From the NCBI GenBank assembly GCA_051362555.1, contig CM120648.1:19526587-19590586 (forward strand): a stretch of DNA of 64,000 nucleotides, in the 5' to 3' direction. Under the pieces are notes generated by a model. It saw only the letters and a list, made by a program, of their open reading frames with translations. It ran no database searches and was not told the DNA's origin. The DNA is from Lingula anatina. Its lineage: Eukaryota; Animalia; Brachiopoda. The translations under genes and the position numbers were made by a program. Positions 61,042-64,000 of this stretch are shown piece after piece; position 1 is the first letter of the stretch, and each line of letters begins with the position of its first letter.

Positions 61042-63060
61042 GTACGTATCGCCGTTGAATGTAAGCAACCGCTTGGATGAGATTTGAAAAATTAAATGCG
61101 TTTCCAGTTTGTTGGCTTTTAGTTTTACAAAGCCATTGGCTCACAATTAATGCTTGAGAATGGCCTGATCGTATTAGTACGTATTACACTGTTTACAGAT
61201 TTAAAAATGTTGCAGTAACGCTGGCGATGTTGAGTTTTTTCCATTTCATTTTTTACCTGTTTTACTCGTCGTAAAAGCTCCATTTTTCGCGTTTTAGACC
61301 TTAACAGAGCAAAACGTGGATTTGCCTGGAAATTTAAACGATACTGAATTCCTAAATCTATGTATCCTACCCAGCACTGTTGGGAATTTGCACAATATAA
61401 ATTGCCACACATATTAATAGTCACTTTATTCTTATCTGTATGGGTCATTCTGTGGAATTTTTGACTGTTTTTGAAGGATATTTGACAATTTAAAAAGATT
61501 GAGGCCCATTTTTGATATTTTTATTTCTCCAAACATTATTAAGATTTAGGCTGAAAATTTGGATTAAAAAATGATAGTTTAGTAACTTTTTGAAAATTAG
61601 TAAGTGTCTGGGTAGGATGTGAAAGGGACATGGTATTTTAACTTAACTTTTAACCTAACTTTTAACTTTGATTTAAAACACAAAAACTCTGCCTCATCTG
61701 TGGACATTTTTTTTTTAAATCAAAGCAAGTAAACTATATTCCATGTCCTCATAAAATTATAGGTGTCATAACATAATGATGCTTAATTTCAATTTAATAT
61801 CTATTAATATGTTTCTAATCAAATTGTCTTTCAACAGTTGTTGACCCAGATCATGCGTGAGGAGAATGTTAAGTAAAAAGGTTTTAGCTTTTGTAGTTAC
61901 TGAGAAAACTTAGGTATAAAAATCATCTGGGAAGGACAGATTGATATTGATTATTATGGAATTTCCAAATTAAATGAATTTTCATCAACTGCACTTGGCC
62001 AAATGTTGGAAATAACCTACATTTTATGTCTTGAGCCCTTAATTGTAAAAATTATCAATATTTTGAAGACCTTTGCAAAACTATTTAATGATTTTTCCAG
62101 ATAAAAGTGTTAATAAAATCATAATTAATCATCAAAACCTGCACTTCCTTTGGATTATGGTGTCTTGTGGGGTCAATTTGTTTTAAGAAATCACAAGTTT
62201 GATAAGTAGGAGTCTTTTTAAGGTCCGCGTACCAAACACCTTGGAATAGCCTTAATGTCTTAAGCAAAAAGTGCCTTATATTAATAGACTATGGAACATA
62301 GCCCCCGCCAAGGGACCATCCTTAATATAACTGAGCAAGACCCATGCTTATAAATAACAAATATTTAACATGTAAGTGGGGCTGTCAGGGCAAATTTTAT
62401 TCTAATACATGTTCTTAATGTTTATTTGCTAAGTTTTCATTCCTTTAATTTCTTTTCAACCCTAAATGTGAGGTAAACACCATAGTTTATTATTAGTTTT
62501 TTGCTAACCTATACATATACTATACTATACTAGTATACATATACTATACTATACATATACTATACTATAATGTTAATGAAATGTGCATTGTAAAAAACTG
62601 TTTTGCTTAAACAAAAGCTGTAAATTTTAATTTGGATGTTGCTTTTGTTTGGTTTACCATTAAAATTAGTTTTTGGAGCTTTTTTTGGTCCTGACGGCAC
62701 TGTTGTGGCTAAATTGCATATATAACCAGAGACGAGATTACTCCACTGCGGATTTCCAGATTTTAAAATTCATTTCTGATTGTTCCTGTGAGTTTGGTCC
62801 TACAAAATATGAACCATGGCTCATCTCTGCTGACAGGGATTTTTCTATTTTTGGTGTATTTCTTCTTTATTTGTGAATGTGATTTTCAAAATTAGTTGCT
62901 TTCTTTTGTGAAATGATATAAAGGGGTAAAAGGCATAATAATAAATAATAAACATAAGCTAAGATGGGAATATAGTCCATTTAACATTGATTGAGGGGCA
63001 TGTCTCTATTTGACACATTGTATGATATATGTATAATAATTTAACACTATCTATTTTTAG

Positions 63061-63227
63061 ATGATAGAAACACACTAAGCAAGTACATGGACAATTATAT
63101 TGAGACAGGATCCTCAACCACACCCACAAGAGGCAGGGAAGGCGGCAAGAGCCATAGGACAGTAAAGAAAAATGCCAAGTACATTAGTGTTCAATCAGAT
63201 GAGGAAGAAGACACCATGACAAGAAAG
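63061..63227 (+). CDS. Accessory gene exon 2 (DDRNTLSKYMDNYIETG...DTMTRK)
   Basis: TTTTTAG acceptor in phase with exon 1, GTAAAA donor. Confidence 0.7.
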
Positions 63228-63577
63228 GTAAAACATTTTGCATTTACTGTTATAATTGAGGTATTAGATAACTATTTGTTTAATGTTTAAATTTGCCATG
63301 TAATTCAAAATATGATTTTTTTTTTCAATGGAGCTTTAGAATCTGTAATTTTTAATGAATGATGTACATGGTGACAGACTACATTTTAATATTCCGGTAT
63401 AGGCTCAATGTTGACATATTACTATTAGATGCATTTGTCATTTCTGATGTCCACAATATTTTTAAGACTTCATGTTACATACTTAATGCATGTAGATGTC
63501 ACATGGCAGATCCTGATCCAGCCCAGTTACACATATGTATGTGAATGTCTTTTAATAAACATTTCTACACATTTTAG

Positions 63578-63667
63578 CAGCCTCCGCCAAAGAAAAGGCG
63601 CATTTTGGACTCTTCTTTGGCAGCAATAAAGGAAAAGTTGAAGGGAAAATTGGCAGATAAATTTGAG
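63578..63667 (+). CDS. Accessory gene exon 3 (QPPPKKRRILDSSLAAIKEKLKGKLADKFE) with NLS-like PPKKRR
   Basis: TAGCAG (NAGNAG) acceptor, GTATGA donor, phase 0-0. Gene continues beyond the window. Confidence 0.7.
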
Positions 63668-64000
63668 GTATGAAGTGCACCTACAAAAACGAACATGAAA
63701 TGGGTGTTACTGTTTTTTTTTTATAAATTTCCAAATGAGCTCACAGCGTTTATGGTTTGGGTTGAAATTGTTCTTAATATAAGTTATTTTAAAAACAATT
63801 TTTTGCCAACCTTTACAAAATATTTATGATGTGTATGTTGGGGGGAATTTGACAGTTTTGTTCTAGCAGAAGTTTTCAATTCCAATGCAATATTTGAAAT
63901 TGAGTATTTAGGTCAACCAAGTGCTATTTACAATTTACACGAGGTGCACACATTTTTTATGTGCTGGCCTTTCTGACCTGAACATTACTAGAAATGTGTT

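Larger units (their letters stand above)
50704..64000. mobile_element. Large animal EnSpm/CACTA-type (CMC) transposon, right end outside window
   Basis: TA|CCCTTACGAAAATTTCC terminus followed by CCTATAGG subterminal repeats; spliced transposase on - and divergent accessory gene on +. Confidence 0.75.

Overview
AT-rich, intron-containing animal (invertebrate, probably lophotrochozoan; the taxon is only a guess) genomic DNA, not prokaryotic. Genes read by hand from splice sites: (1) the 3' half of a ClC-2-type chloride channel on + (exons 353-20572), whose CBS1-coding exon(s) are not visible in the window; (2) a complete 6-exon HSD11B1L-like short-chain dehydrogenase on - (30388-22869, 302 aa); (3) a + strand gene whose NHL beta-propeller exon (40476-41403) splices in frame to a Roc-type P-loop exon (45627-45857) and further exons, a candidate NHL-ROCO fusion; (4) an apparently intact animal EnSpm/CACTA-type transposon (from 50704 to beyond the window) with a 7-exon transposase of about 896 aa and a divergent accessory gene. 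Many non-autonomous elements are present: Helentron/HINE-type, two ISL2EU-like SAP/THAP elements, a Kolobok-like element, a Tc1 fold-back and MITEs, including a three-level nest. The recurrent oddity is that many tandem repeats are copies of exon ends together with their splice sites (at least 7 cases in 3 genes).
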